This document shows positions 47,352 to 56,578 of a DNA stretch of 64,000 bases, piece after piece. The translations under genes and the position numbers were made by a program. Under the pieces are notes generated by a model. That model had not been told where the DNA came from. It did not search any database and was given only the letters and a program-made list of their open reading frames with translations. Positions within the stretch are counted from its first letter, which is position 1; the number at the start of each line of letters is the position of its first letter. Location of the stretch: the NCBI GenBank assembly GCA_902826455.1, contig CADEEV010000006.1, positions 44,013-108,012 of the forward strand. Reading direction: 5' to 3'. The stretch comes from an uncultured Acidobacteriota bacterium (GTDB lineage Bacteria > Acidobacteriota > Vicinamibacteria > Fen-336).

Positions 47352-48478
47352 CGAGCGGGATTGTAGGTGAGACGCACCACGGCGCGGGCGGCGGCTTCGA
47401 GGTTGGCGGCGCCCTCCGCGCGCGCCGTCGCGAGGTCGCAGGGTCCCGGCACGATCGAGAACGCGCTCGTGAGGCCGCGGGCGAACAACGCTTCGTACCC
47501 CGGCACGAGGCGCCCGGCGAGAGCGATCACCGGCACGCGGGCGCGGTAGGCGTGGCTCACGATCGCCGCGATCGCCTTGCCCTGGGGCGTCTGGCCGTCG
47601 AGGGCGCCCTCGCCCGTGAGCACCCCGAGGGCGTGGCCGAGGTGACGATCGAAGCCGATCGCCTGGAGCACGAGCTCGGCTCCGGGCACGAGGCGGCCGC
47701 CGCTCGCGAGGAGTCCCGCGCCGAGCCCGCCGGCGGCGCCCGCCCCGGGCACCTCGGCCAGCTCGCGTCCGAGGGCGCGCTCGAGCACGCGGCCGAAGTG
47801 GCCGAGGGCGGCCTCGAGCTCCTCCACCACCGCGGGCGTCGCGCCTTTCTGGGGACCGAAGAGCCGGCTCGCGCCGCCGTCGCCGCAGAGCGGGCTGCGG
47901 ACGTCGCAGGCGATCGCGAGTGGCACCCGAGCGAGGCGCGGGTCGAGGCCGGCCAGGTCGGCGCTTGCGAGCCGCGCGAGCGCCGCGCCTCCGGGCTCGA
48001 CCGGCTGGCCCGACGCGTCGAGCAGCACGGCGCCGAGGGCCCGCAGCGCGCCGGCGCCGCCGTCGTTCGTGGCGCTTCCGCCCAGCCCGACCACGATCCG
48101 TGTGGCGCCCAGGTCGAGGGCGGCCCGGATCATCTCGCCGACGCCGCGCGACGTCGCGAGTCGCGGGTCGCGACGCTCGGGCGGGAGGCGCGCGAGACCG
48201 ACGGCCTCGGCCGCCTCCACCACCATGCTGCCGTCGGGCAGCAGCCCGATCCGCGCCGTGACCGGCTCGCCCCGGGCCCCCGTGACCTCGACGGCTCGCG
48301 TGACGCCGCGGCCGGAGAACACGAGGGTGTCGAGGGTGCCTTCGCCCCCGTCGGCCACGGGAAGGAGCTCGAGGGGCAGGCGCGGGTCCGCGGCGCGCGC
48401 GCCCCGGGCCATCGCCTCGGCCGCCTCCCGCGCCGACATCGACTCCTTGTAGGAGGCCGGGGCGAGGAGGAGCTTCAC
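47348..48478 (-). CDS. glxK: Glycerate kinase
   Basis: GTG overlaps the upstream stop; APASYKES, VADGGEGT, GGSATNDGG, FGPQKGA, GAGAAGG and TGEG. Confidence 0.9.
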   Translation of the reverse strand: MKLLLAPASYKESMSAREAAEAMARGARAADPRLPLELLPVADGGEGTLDTLVFSGRGVTRAVEVTGARGEPVTARIGLLPDGSMVVEAAEAVGLARLPPERRDPRLATSRGVGEMIRAALDLGATRIVVGLGGSATNDGGAGALRALGAVLLDASGQPVEPGGAALARLASADLAGLDPRLARVPLAIACDVRSPLCGDGGASRLFGPQKGATPAVVEELEAALGHFGRVLERALGRELAEVPGAGAAGGLGAGLLASGGRLVPGAELVLQAIGFDRHLGHALGVLTGEGALDGQTPQGKAIAAIVSHAYRARVPVIALAGRLVPGYEALFARGLTSAFSIVPGPCDLATARAEGAANLEAAARAVVRLTYNPAR

Positions 48479-49074
48479 GGAGCCGGTTTCGGCTCCGGCG
48501 ACGCCTCGGGGTGCGGCGGGTACTCCGCGAGGATCTTCTTCACCGCCCCGATCAGCTGCAGGGCGACGTCGTCGGCGCGCAGCAGCGGCTCGCGCCAGGT
48601 GCCGGTGAACACGGGCTCGCGGGACTTGCCGTCGCGGATCTCGATCGCGATCGTCTGCTCCTCGACGCGCTTGAAGTCCACCATCGTCCGCACGTCGCTC
48701 GGGCCGCGGGCCGTGCTGTTCTGGGCGTACGACTCGCCTTTCACCTTCTTCTTCGTCGTGGCCGAGTAGCCCACGAACACGTCGGGCTTGCCCGAGGCAT
48801 CCTTCGCGAAGCCCTTGCCCGCGAGCTCGCTCTCGATCGTCTGCATGATGCGCGTGTGGTCGGCGAAGTTGGCCGGCCGCTCGCTGACCGGCAGCCACGC
48901 GTAGGTCTTGTACCTCGCGAAGTCGGCCGCCGCGTCGGCCTCGACCTCGACCTTGGTGGGCTCCACGAGGCGGCGCGTCTCGCCCGGCGCCTGGGCCTGT
49001 GCGGCGGCGGCGAACGACGCGACGAGAAGGGCGAGAACGGGCTGCGCGCTGCTCATGATGGCCTCCGGCCTCAT
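48475..49074 (-). CDS. DUF4136-like exported protein
   Basis: Signal peptide; DFARYKTYAW and IESELAGKGF...PDVFV. An alternative ATG is at 49056. Confidence 0.7.
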   Translation of the reverse strand: MRPEAIMSSAQPVLALLVASFAAAAQAQAPGETRRLVEPTKVEVEADAAADFARYKTYAWLPVSERPANFADHTRIMQTIESELAGKGFAKDASGKPDVFVGYSATTKKKVKGESYAQNSTARGPSDVRTMVDFKRVEEQTIAIEIRDGKSREPVFTGTWREPLLRADDVALQLIGAVKKILAEYPPHPEASPEPKPAP

Positions 49075-49091
49075 GGTAACCTCCTTCGCCC

Positions 49092-50579
49092 ATGGCCTTC
49101 ATCCTCGCGCTGGACCAGGGGACCACGAGCTCGCGCGCCATCCTGTTCGACCGCGCCGGCTCGGCCGTGGCCGTCGCGCAGCGCGAGTTCCGCCAGATCT
49201 ACCCGCGCGCCGGATGGGTGGAGCACGACCCCGCGGAGATCGCGCAGTCGCAGCTCGACGTCGCCCGCGAGGCGCTCGCGAAGGCCGGCGTGGCACCGCG
49301 GGACGTGGCGGCCCTCGGCCTCACGAACCAGCGCGAGACGACCCTCGTGTGGGACCGCCGCAGCGGCGTGCCCGTGATGAACGCGATCGTCTGGCAGGAC
49401 CGCCGCACGGCCGAGGCCTGCGACCGCCTGCGCGCGGCCGGCCACACCGAGCCCGTGCGCGAGAAGACCGGCCTCGTCCTCGACGCCTACTTCTCGGGCA
49501 CCAAGATCGCGTGGATCCTCGACAACGTCCCGGGAGCCCGCGAGCGCGCCGAGGCCGGGGAGCTGGCCTTCGGCACCGTCGACACGTGGCTCGCCTGGCA
49601 GCTCACGGGCGGCCGGCTCCACGTCACCGATCCCAGCAACGCCTCGCGCACGCTGCTGTTCGACATCCGCCGCGGCGCCTGGGACGACGCTCTCCTGGCG
49701 CTCTTCCGCGTGCCGCGAGCGATGCTGCCCGAGGTGCGCGGCTCGGGCGAGAGCGTCGGCGCGTGCAGCGCGCCGGGCCTCGAAGGCATCGCGATCGCGG
49801 GCATCGCCGGCGACCAGCAGGCGGCCCTGTTCGGCCAGATGTGCGTGGCCCCGGGCCTGTCGAAGAACACCTACGGCACGGGCTGCTTCCTCCTGCAGAA
49901 CCTCGGCACGACCCCGGCCGCCTCGAAGCACGGCCTGCTCACGACCGTCGCGTGGCAGCGCGGCGGGGTCACGGAGTACGCCCTCGAGGGCAGCGTGTTC
50001 ATCGGCGGCGCCGTGGTGCAGTGGCTGCGCGACGGGCTGGGGCTGATCCGATCCTCCGCGGAGGTCGAGGCCCTCGCGCGCTCGGTGCCCGACAACGGCG
50101 GCGTGTACCTCGTGCCGGCCTTCGCCGGCCTGGGAGCGCCGCACTGGGACGCGTACGCGCGCGGCGCGATCGTCGGCCTCACGCGCGGCACGGGAGCCGG
50201 CCACATCGCCCGGGCCGCCCTCGAGGGCATCGCGTTCCAGGTCGCCGACCTGCTCGGCGCCATGGAGGCCGATTCCGGAGTGGCGCTGCCCGAGCTGCGC
50301 GTCGACGGCGGGGCGTGCAAGAACGACCTGCTGATGCAGATCCAGTCGGACCTGCTCGGCGTGCCGGTGGTGCGGCCGGTCGTCACCGAGACGACCGCGC
50401 TGGGAGCCGCCTACCTCGCGGGCCTCGCCGTCGGGTTCTGGAGCGGGCTCGACGAGACGCGGGCCCAGTGGCAGGTGGAACGGCGCTTCGAGCCGCGGCT
50501 GGCTGCCGCCGAGGCGCGCCGCCTGAAGGAGCGCTGGCGGGAGGCGCTCGGCCGCGCGCGCGCCTGGGAGCCGGCGTGA
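49092..50579 (+). CDS. glpK: Glycerol kinase
   Basis: [51 protein letters not shown] and RVDGG. Confidence 0.96.
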   Translation: MAFILALDQGTTSSRAILFDRAGSAVAVAQREFRQIYPRAGWVEHDPAEIAQSQLDVAREALAKAGVAPRDVAALGLTNQRETTLVWDRRSGVPVMNAIVWQDRRTAEACDRLRAAGHTEPVREKTGLVLDAYFSGTKIAWILDNVPGARERAEAGELAFGTVDTWLAWQLTGGRLHVTDPSNASRTLLFDIRRGAWDDALLALFRVPRAMLPEVRGSGESVGACSAPGLEGIAIAGIAGDQQAALFGQMCVAPGLSKNTYGTGCFLLQNLGTTPAASKHGLLTTVAWQRGGVTEYALEGSVFIGGAVVQWLRDGLGLIRSSAEVEALARSVPDNGGVYLVPAFAGLGAPHWDAYARGAIVGLTRGTGAGHIARAALEGIAFQVADLLGAMEADSGVALPELRVDGGACKNDLLMQIQSDLLGVPVVRPVVTETTALGAAYLAGLAVGFWSGLDETRAQWQVERRFEPRLAAAEARRLKERWREALGRARAWEPA

Positions 50580-52147
50580 CCCGCGAGGAGATGGTCGAGC
50601 GCGTGGCCCAGCGGCGGACGCCGTGGGACATGGTCGTGGTCGGCGGCGGCGCCACCGGAGTCGGCGTCGCCCTGGACGCGGCCGCGCGCGGCTACGAGGT
50701 GCTGCTCTTCGAGCAGAGCGACTTCGGCAAGGGCACCTCGAGCCGCAGCACCAAGCTCGTCCACGGCGGCGTGCGCTACCTGGAACAGGGCAACATCTCC
50801 CTCGTCATGGAAGCCCTCAAGGAGCGCGGGCTCCTGCGCAGCAACGCCCCGCACCTGGTGAGCGACCTCGCCTTCGTCGTGCCCAACTACGAGTGGTGGG
50901 AAGCGCCCTTCTACGGCATCGGCCTCAAGGTCTACAACCTGCTCGCGGGCCAGTACGGCTTCGGCGCCTCGGAGATCCTGAGCCGCGAGGAGACCCTGGC
51001 GCGGCTACCGACGATCAAGACGGAGGGCCTGCGCGGCGGCGTCGTGTACTACGACGGCCAGTTCGACGACAGCCGCCTGCTGATCAACATGGTCACGACG
51101 GCGGCCGAGCAGGGCGCCGTGCTCCTGAACCACGCGCCGGTCACCGCCTTCAGCCGCGACACCGAGGGCTACGTCGACGGCGTGCTCGCGCTCGACCTGG
51201 AGACCGGCACGTCGCTGCGCGCCGAGGCGCGCGTCGTGATCAACGCGGGCGGCGCGTTCGGCGACGGCGTGCGACGCCTCGCCGATCCCGAGGCGAAGGC
51301 GCTGCTCGCCCCGAGCCAGGGCGTGCACCTCGTCTTCGAGCGCTCGTTCCTGCCGGGCGAGAGCGCGATCATGGTCCCCCACACCAGCGACGGCCGCGTG
51401 ATGTTCGCGATCCCCTGGCACGGGCACACCCTCGTCGGCACGACCGACACGCCCATCGACTCGGTGTCCCTCGAGCCGCGCGCCTTCGAGGAGGAGATCG
51501 ACTTCATCCTCGAGACCGCCGCCGACTACCTGAGCCGCAAGCCCGCGCGGGCCGACGTGTTGTCGGTGTTCGTCGGGATACGGCCACTGGTGCGCAGCGG
51601 CGACGCGAAGAACACGGCCGCGCTCTCCCGCGACCACACGCTGCACATCGACGGCTCGGGCCTGCTCACGATCGCCGGCGGCAAGTGGACGACCTATCGG
51701 AACATGGCCGAGGATGCCGTGAACCAGGCGGCCACCCTCGCGACGCTGCCCGAGCGCCCGTGCGTCACGCGCGGCCTCAACATCCACGGCTTCCATGCCC
51801 ACTCCGAGAAGTTCGGCGCGCTCGCGGCCTATGGCGCCGACGCCCTCGCGATCCAGGAGCTGATCGACGGTAACCCGGCCCTCGGCGAGCGCCTCGATCC
51901 CGCCTTGCCCTACCGCGCGGCCGAAGTGGTGTGGGCGGTGCGCTCGGAGATGGCGCGCAGCCTCGAGGACGTCCTGGCGCGTCGCCTGCGCGCGCTGTTC
52001 CTGAATGCGCGGGCGGCGAGCGCCATGGCCCCGCGCGCGGCGGAGCTCATGGCCGCGGAGCTGGGCCGCGACGCGGACTGGCAGGAGCGCCAGGTCGCGG
52101 CGTTCCGGAAGCTCGCGAGGCAATACCTGCCGGGAGCCGCGGCATGA
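50576..52147 (+). CDS. glpD: FAD-dependent glycerol-3-phosphate dehydrogenase/oxidase
   Basis: GTG overlaps the glpK stop; [33 protein letters not shown] and GGKWTTYR. Confidence 0.93.
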   Translation: MTREEMVERVAQRRTPWDMVVVGGGATGVGVALDAAARGYEVLLFEQSDFGKGTSSRSTKLVHGGVRYLEQGNISLVMEALKERGLLRSNAPHLVSDLAFVVPNYEWWEAPFYGIGLKVYNLLAGQYGFGASEILSREETLARLPTIKTEGLRGGVVYYDGQFDDSRLLINMVTTAAEQGAVLLNHAPVTAFSRDTEGYVDGVLALDLETGTSLRAEARVVINAGGAFGDGVRRLADPEAKALLAPSQGVHLVFERSFLPGESAIMVPHTSDGRVMFAIPWHGHTLVGTTDTPIDSVSLEPRAFEEEIDFILETAADYLSRKPARADVLSVFVGIRPLVRSGDAKNTAALSRDHTLHIDGSGLLTIAGGKWTTYRNMAEDAVNQAATLATLPERPCVTRGLNIHGFHAHSEKFGALAAYGADALAIQELIDGNPALGERLDPALPYRAAEVVWAVRSEMARSLEDVLARRLRALFLNARAASAMAPRAAELMAAELGRDADWQERQVAAFRKLARQYLPGAAA

Positions 52148-54294
52148 ACGGCGCGGCGCTGCTGCTGCTCGCCGCGACGCTGCAGGCGGCGCCTGCCCAG
52201 GAGCCGCCCCGGCAGAGGGGCTTCGGCCTCGCGCTGTCGGGCGGCGGGGCCCGCGGCATCGCCCACGTCGGGGTGCTGCGCGCCCTCGAGGACAACGGCC
52301 TGCGGCCCGACAGCATCGCCGCCACCAGCATGGGCGCGGTGGTGGGGGCCCTGTACGCGAGCGGCCTGCGGGGTCCCGAGCTGCAGCGCATCGTCGAGAG
52401 CTTCGACTGGGACCGCCTGTTCAGCGGGCGCCCCGAGCGGCGCTTCGTGCCGGTGACGCGGCGCCTCGACGAGATGCCGTCGCTCTTCTCCCTGGGCTTC
52501 CAGCACTGGAAGATCAAGCTGCCCTCGGCCGCCCTCGGCGACTACCGCGTCAACCGCTTCCTCACCCGTCACCTGGCCGAGGCCGGTTTCCGCGCCGGCA
52601 ACGACTTCGACCGGATGCCGATCCGCTTCCGCGCCGTGGCCGCGGCCCTCGACAACGGCGATCGCGTCGTGCTCTCGAAGGGCGATCTGCCCCGGGCCGT
52701 GCGCGCGAGCATGTCGATCCCGGTCTTCTTCGTGCCGGTGGACTGGAACGGCCGCCTGCTCGTCGACGGCGGCGTCGCGGACAACCTGCCGGTGGGCGTC
52801 GCCCGCGACCAGGGCGCCGAGGTGGTGCTCGCCGTCGACGTCAGCTCTCCGCCGCTCACCCGCGACGAGTACGAGTCGATCACCGGCGTCGCGAGCCAGC
52901 TGAGCAACGCCCTGACGGGCGTGCAGAACAAGACCTTCCACCAGGAGGCCGACTTCGCGATCCGGCCCGACCTCGGCCGGCACTCGGCGCTCGACTACAA
53001 CGACTTCGACCTGCTGATCGCGCGCGGCTACGAGGCGGGCCTCGCGATCGTGGGGCCGCTCAAGGAGCGCCTCGGCATCCCCGCCGACCGGGTCGCCGCT
53101 CCGCCCCCGGTGGTACCGCCGGGGCCGGAGCTCGTCGGCCGCCGCATCGCGACCGTGGCGGTCGATCCCACCCAGCGCTTCTCGGAGAAGCTGATCCGCC
53201 GCACCTTCAACATCCCGACGGGCGTGCCCTACGACATGGCCAAGGGCCTGAACGCCCTCGACAAGGTGTTCGCCACCAGCTTCTTCGACTCCGCCTGGAT
53301 GCGCTTCGAGCCCGAGGGCGACGACGTGCGTGTGGTACTCGGGGTCAAGGAGGAGACGACGAACTCCCTCGACTTCGCCGCCGGCTACCACTCCGCCGAC
53401 AAGGCCCGGGGCATGGTGCGTTTCCGGAACCAGAACGTCTTCGGACTGGGCGAGCGCTTCGAGCTGCTCTGGTCGGGCAGCGACACGACGCGGTTGGTGC
53501 GTGCCGATCTCGAGGGCGACCGCATCCCGGGCACGTTCGTGGGCTACGGCTTCCACGCGGAGCGCCGCCAGGAGCGGCCGCGCTACTTCGAGCACGGCGA
53601 GCTCCAGGGGCGCGCCGGCTTCGAGCGCGAGACGCTGCGGGCGGCGCTCACGCGGACCTGGAAGCGCACCCACGCCTTCGAGGGCGGGGTCAGCGTCGGT
53701 CGCGTCGAGACGACGCCGGAGACCGGCGTTCCCTTCCTGGAGAACTCGGACCAGGTGCGCTCGTTGTTCGCGCGCTACGTGTGGGACAAGCTCGACGACC
53801 TCCGCCTGCCCAGCCGCGGCGTCCGCATCGCCGTGCAGGGGGAGCGGTCCGTGCCGGGCCTGGGCGCCGACCACGACTACTGGACGGCCTCGTTCTCGGG
53901 ACGCGTGGCCCGGGCGCTGGGGCGGCGCAGCGCCCTGGAGCTCGAGCTGTTCGCGGGGGTCTCCGGCCTCGACGTCCCGGTCTACGACCAGTTCCGGCTG
54001 GGCGGACCGGTGCTGGCGCCGGGGCTCTACGAGGAGGAGCGCTGGGGCAACCAGGCCGCGGGCGGCGCTCTGACGTTCCGCTTCGGGCCCATGCGCAACC
54101 TCAAGCTGCTGGCGCGCGTGGGAGCCGGCGGCGTCTGGGACACGTTCGGCGACCAGACGGACTCCCTCGAGCCCGGGGCCGGGCTCGGGGCCGTCTACCT
54201 CACGCCGGCCGGGCCGATCGCGATCGAGTGGGGCGTGCAGAGCTCGGGCCAGTCGCGCTTCACCTTCACCCTCGGGTACCGCGGCCCGTACTGA
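52144..54294 (+). CDS. Patatin-like phospholipase fused to POTRA and an Omp85-like barrel (PlpD-like)
   Basis: ATGA overlap with glpD; signal peptide; LSGGGARG, ATSMG nucleophile, ASMSIP and VDGG; beta-rich C-terminal domain. Confidence 0.85.
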   Translation: MNGAALLLLAATLQAAPAQEPPRQRGFGLALSGGGARGIAHVGVLRALEDNGLRPDSIAATSMGAVVGALYASGLRGPELQRIVESFDWDRLFSGRPERRFVPVTRRLDEMPSLFSLGFQHWKIKLPSAALGDYRVNRFLTRHLAEAGFRAGNDFDRMPIRFRAVAAALDNGDRVVLSKGDLPRAVRASMSIPVFFVPVDWNGRLLVDGGVADNLPVGVARDQGAEVVLAVDVSSPPLTRDEYESITGVASQLSNALTGVQNKTFHQEADFAIRPDLGRHSALDYNDFDLLIARGYEAGLAIVGPLKERLGIPADRVAAPPPVVPPGPELVGRRIATVAVDPTQRFSEKLIRRTFNIPTGVPYDMAKGLNALDKVFATSFFDSAWMRFEPEGDDVRVVLGVKEETTNSLDFAAGYHSADKARGMVRFRNQNVFGLGERFELLWSGSDTTRLVRADLEGDRIPGTFVGYGFHAERRQERPRYFEHGELQGRAGFERETLRAALTRTWKRTHAFEGGVSVGRVETTPETGVPFLENSDQVRSLFARYVWDKLDDLRLPSRGVRIAVQGERSVPGLGADHDYWTASFSGRVARALGRRSALELELFAGVSGLDVPVYDQFRLGGPVLAPGLYEEERWGNQAAGGALTFRFGPMRNLKLLARVGAGGVWDTFGDQTDSLEPGAGLGAVYLTPAGPIAIEWGVQSSGQSRFTFTLGYRGPY

Positions 54295-54301
54295 CGCCCG
54301 C

Positions 54302-55120
54302 TCACCACTCGGCGACTTCCAGGCGCAGGCGCTGGGCGAACGTGCGCTCGTCGAGGCGGTGCAGCTGATCGAGCAGCAGCGGCTGCATGGTCCCGACGCC
54401 GCGGCCCTGGGACTGCTCGGCGGCCACCTCGCCCGCGACCCCGAGCAGCGCCATCGCCGCGGTCGTGGCACGCCAGGAGTCGGGCTGGACCGCGCAGAAG
54501 GCGCCGATCAGCGCCGTGGCCGAGCAGCCGACGCCCGTGATGCGGGTCATCCAGGGATGGCCGTTGGACAGCCGGCTCCAGCGCCGGTTGTCGTCGAGGA
54601 CGTGGTCGGTGGCGCCGCTCACGCAGACGGTGCCGCGCGTGCGCTGGGCCAGCTTCTGCGCCGCGCCGAGCGCGTCGCTGGCGGCGGCGCTGCTGTCGAC
54701 GCCGTGGGTCCTGACGGCCGCGCCGGCCGCGCTCATGATCTCGGAGCCGTTGCCCCGCACCACGGTGGGGAGCGCGACGGAGAAGAGCGTCTTCAGGGCC
54801 TCGTTGCGATAGGGCGTCGCGCCGGCGCCCACCGGGTCGAGCACCGACGGGATGTCGCGGTCGTCGGCGGCGCGCAGCGCCAGCTCCATGCTCTTCACCC
54901 AGTAGGGATCGAGGGTGCCGATGTTCACCACCACCGCCTCCGCGATCGCGACCATGTCCGAGACCTCTTCGTGGGCATGGGCCATCACGGGCGAGGCGCC
55001 GGCGGCCAGCAGCGCGTTGGCGTTGAAGTTCATGACCACGAAGTTCGTGATGCAGTGGACGAGCGGGGCGCGCTCGCGGACGGCGGCGACGTCGGCCCAG
55101 AGCTCGGCCGCGGTGGTCAT
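54302..55120 (-). CDS. thiM: Hydroxyethylthiazole kinase
   Basis: [51 protein letters not shown] and ITGVGC. Confidence 0.93.
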   Translation of the reverse strand: MTTAAELWADVAAVRERAPLVHCITNFVVMNFNANALLAAGASPVMAHAHEEVSDMVAIAEAVVVNIGTLDPYWVKSMELALRAADDRDIPSVLDPVGAGATPYRNEALKTLFSVALPTVVRGNGSEIMSAAGAAVRTHGVDSSAAASDALGAAQKLAQRTRGTVCVSGATDHVLDDNRRWSRLSNGHPWMTRITGVGCSATALIGAFCAVQPDSWRATTAAMALLGVAGEVAAEQSQGRGVGTMQPLLLDQLHRLDERTFAQRLRLEVAEW

Positions 55121-56523
55121 GTGGCGCGATTATCCGTGAGCCCGTTCGCGAGCGCCACGTCCCGGAACCACGACGCGCTCTTCTTGGGGGTTCGGGCCTG
55201 GGTCGCGTGGTCGACGTGGAAGAAGCCGTAGCGCTTCTTGAAGCCGTTGACCCAGGAGAAATTGTCGACGAGCGCCCACATGTAGTAGCCGCGCACGTTG
55301 GCGCCCTGGTCCAGCGCCCGGCCGACGGCTTCCAGGTGCTCCCTTACAAAGAGGATGCGGGCGTCGTCCTGGACCTCCCCGTCCACCACCCTGTCCTGAA
55401 GCCCGATGCCGTTCTCGGTCACGTAGACGGGTAGTCCCGGGCGCAAGCCGTGGACGCGGACGATGAGCTGCTCGAGCCCGGCAGGATCGATCTCCCAGGC
55501 CCAGTCGGTGTAGCGGCCCTTCGGGTTGCGCACGAAGCGGAACAGCCCGGCCAGCGCGAAGGCCGAGGCGTCCTCCTTGCGCCCGCTGTTGTTGAGGGCG
55601 AACGCCGTCTCGCCGGCGTCGGCGCTGGCGTGGTTCGGGAAGTAGTAGTTGACGCCCAGGAAGTCCACGAGCCCGCCCTCGAGATCCGAGGCGCCCATGG
55701 ACGGCAGGATGCCGCAGCTCTCGTAGAGCGCCACGGTGTCCTCGGGCAGGCGACCGAGCAGCACGGGCTCGAGGAACCAGCGGTTCAGGATGCCGTCCGC
55801 GATCGTCGCGGCCTTGCGGTCGGCGTCCGAGTCCGTCGCGGGATGGATCGGCGAGAGGTTGAGCGCGATGCCGATGCGGCTGCCCGGTACCACCTCGTGG
55901 CCGATGCGGGCGGCGCGCGCGTGGGCCTTCAGCAGGTGCCAGCTCGCGAGCACCGCGGCCCGCGGCTCGGTGCGTCCCGGCGGGTGGATGCCGGTGAGGT
56001 AGCCGTGGAGCGTCGACCACGAGGGCTCGTTGAGCGTCGCCCACAGCGAGACACGGTCGCCGAAGCGCCGGAAGCAGGCCTCGGCGTAGTCCGCGAAGCG
56101 CTCGACGGTGTCGGGGTCCTCCCAGCCGCCGCGAGCCCCGAGGGCCTGGGGCAGGTCCCAGTGGTAGAGCGTCACGTTGGGAGCGACGCCGGCCGCGGCC
56201 AGGGCGTCGAACAGGCGGTCGTAGAAGTCGAAGCCCTTCGGGTTCGCCGCGGCGTCGCCGTTCGGGAACAGCCGCGGCCAGGAGAGCGACAGGCGGTAGC
56301 CGTTGTGACCGAAGCGCCGCATCAGCTCGACGTCCTCGAGATAGCGATGGTAGTGGTCGCAGGCGACCTCGGGCGTCGCGCCCTCGAAGATGCGCTCGGG
56401 GTGCTCGCGGCAGAAGACGTCCCAGATCGAGTCGCCCCGCCCGTCCTCGTGGGCGGCGCCTTCGATCTGCAGGGCGGCCGTGGCCGAGCCCCACACGAAC
56501 CCCTCGGGAAAGCGGCGTGTCAT
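55117..56523 (-). CDS. GH1 glycoside hydrolase, 6-phospho-beta-glycosidase type
   Basis: [17 protein letters not shown] (acid/base) and VTENG (nucleophile). DNFSW...KKRYG has Ser in place of the Glu of ordinary beta-glucosidases. Confidence 0.9.
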   Translation of the reverse strand: MTRRFPEGFVWGSATAALQIEGAAHEDGRGDSIWDVFCREHPERIFEGATPEVACDHYHRYLEDVELMRRFGHNGYRLSLSWPRLFPNGDAAANPKGFDFYDRLFDALAAAGVAPNVTLYHWDLPQALGARGGWEDPDTVERFADYAEACFRRFGDRVSLWATLNEPSWSTLHGYLTGIHPPGRTEPRAAVLASWHLLKAHARAARIGHEVVPGSRIGIALNLSPIHPATDSDADRKAATIADGILNRWFLEPVLLGRLPEDTVALYESCGILPSMGASDLEGGLVDFLGVNYYFPNHASADAGETAFALNNSGRKEDASAFALAGLFRFVRNPKGRYTDWAWEIDPAGLEQLIVRVHGLRPGLPVYVTENGIGLQDRVVDGEVQDDARILFVREHLEAVGRALDQGANVRGYYMWALVDNFSWVNGFKKRYGFFHVDHATQARTPKKSASWFRDVALANGLTDNRAT

Positions 56524-56538
56524 GCGGCCCATTATTGT

Positions 56539-56566
56539 TTGTCCCGCCTCCCGTGCGAGCTATACT
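56539..56566 (+). promoter_or_regulatory. Putative sigma70 promoter for the PTS operon
   Basis: TTGTCC (56539-56544), 16-nt spacer, TATACT (56561-56566), upstream of GTG 56579. Confidence 0.55.
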
Positions 56567-56578
56567 GCCGGCCCGAAC

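Noticed and set aside
48908-50575. Apparent 1079-aa GlpD with a long N-terminal domain
   Set aside because: The upstream part is an alternate frame of glpK. GlpD homology begins at GTG 50576, so this is not a fusion or frameshift.
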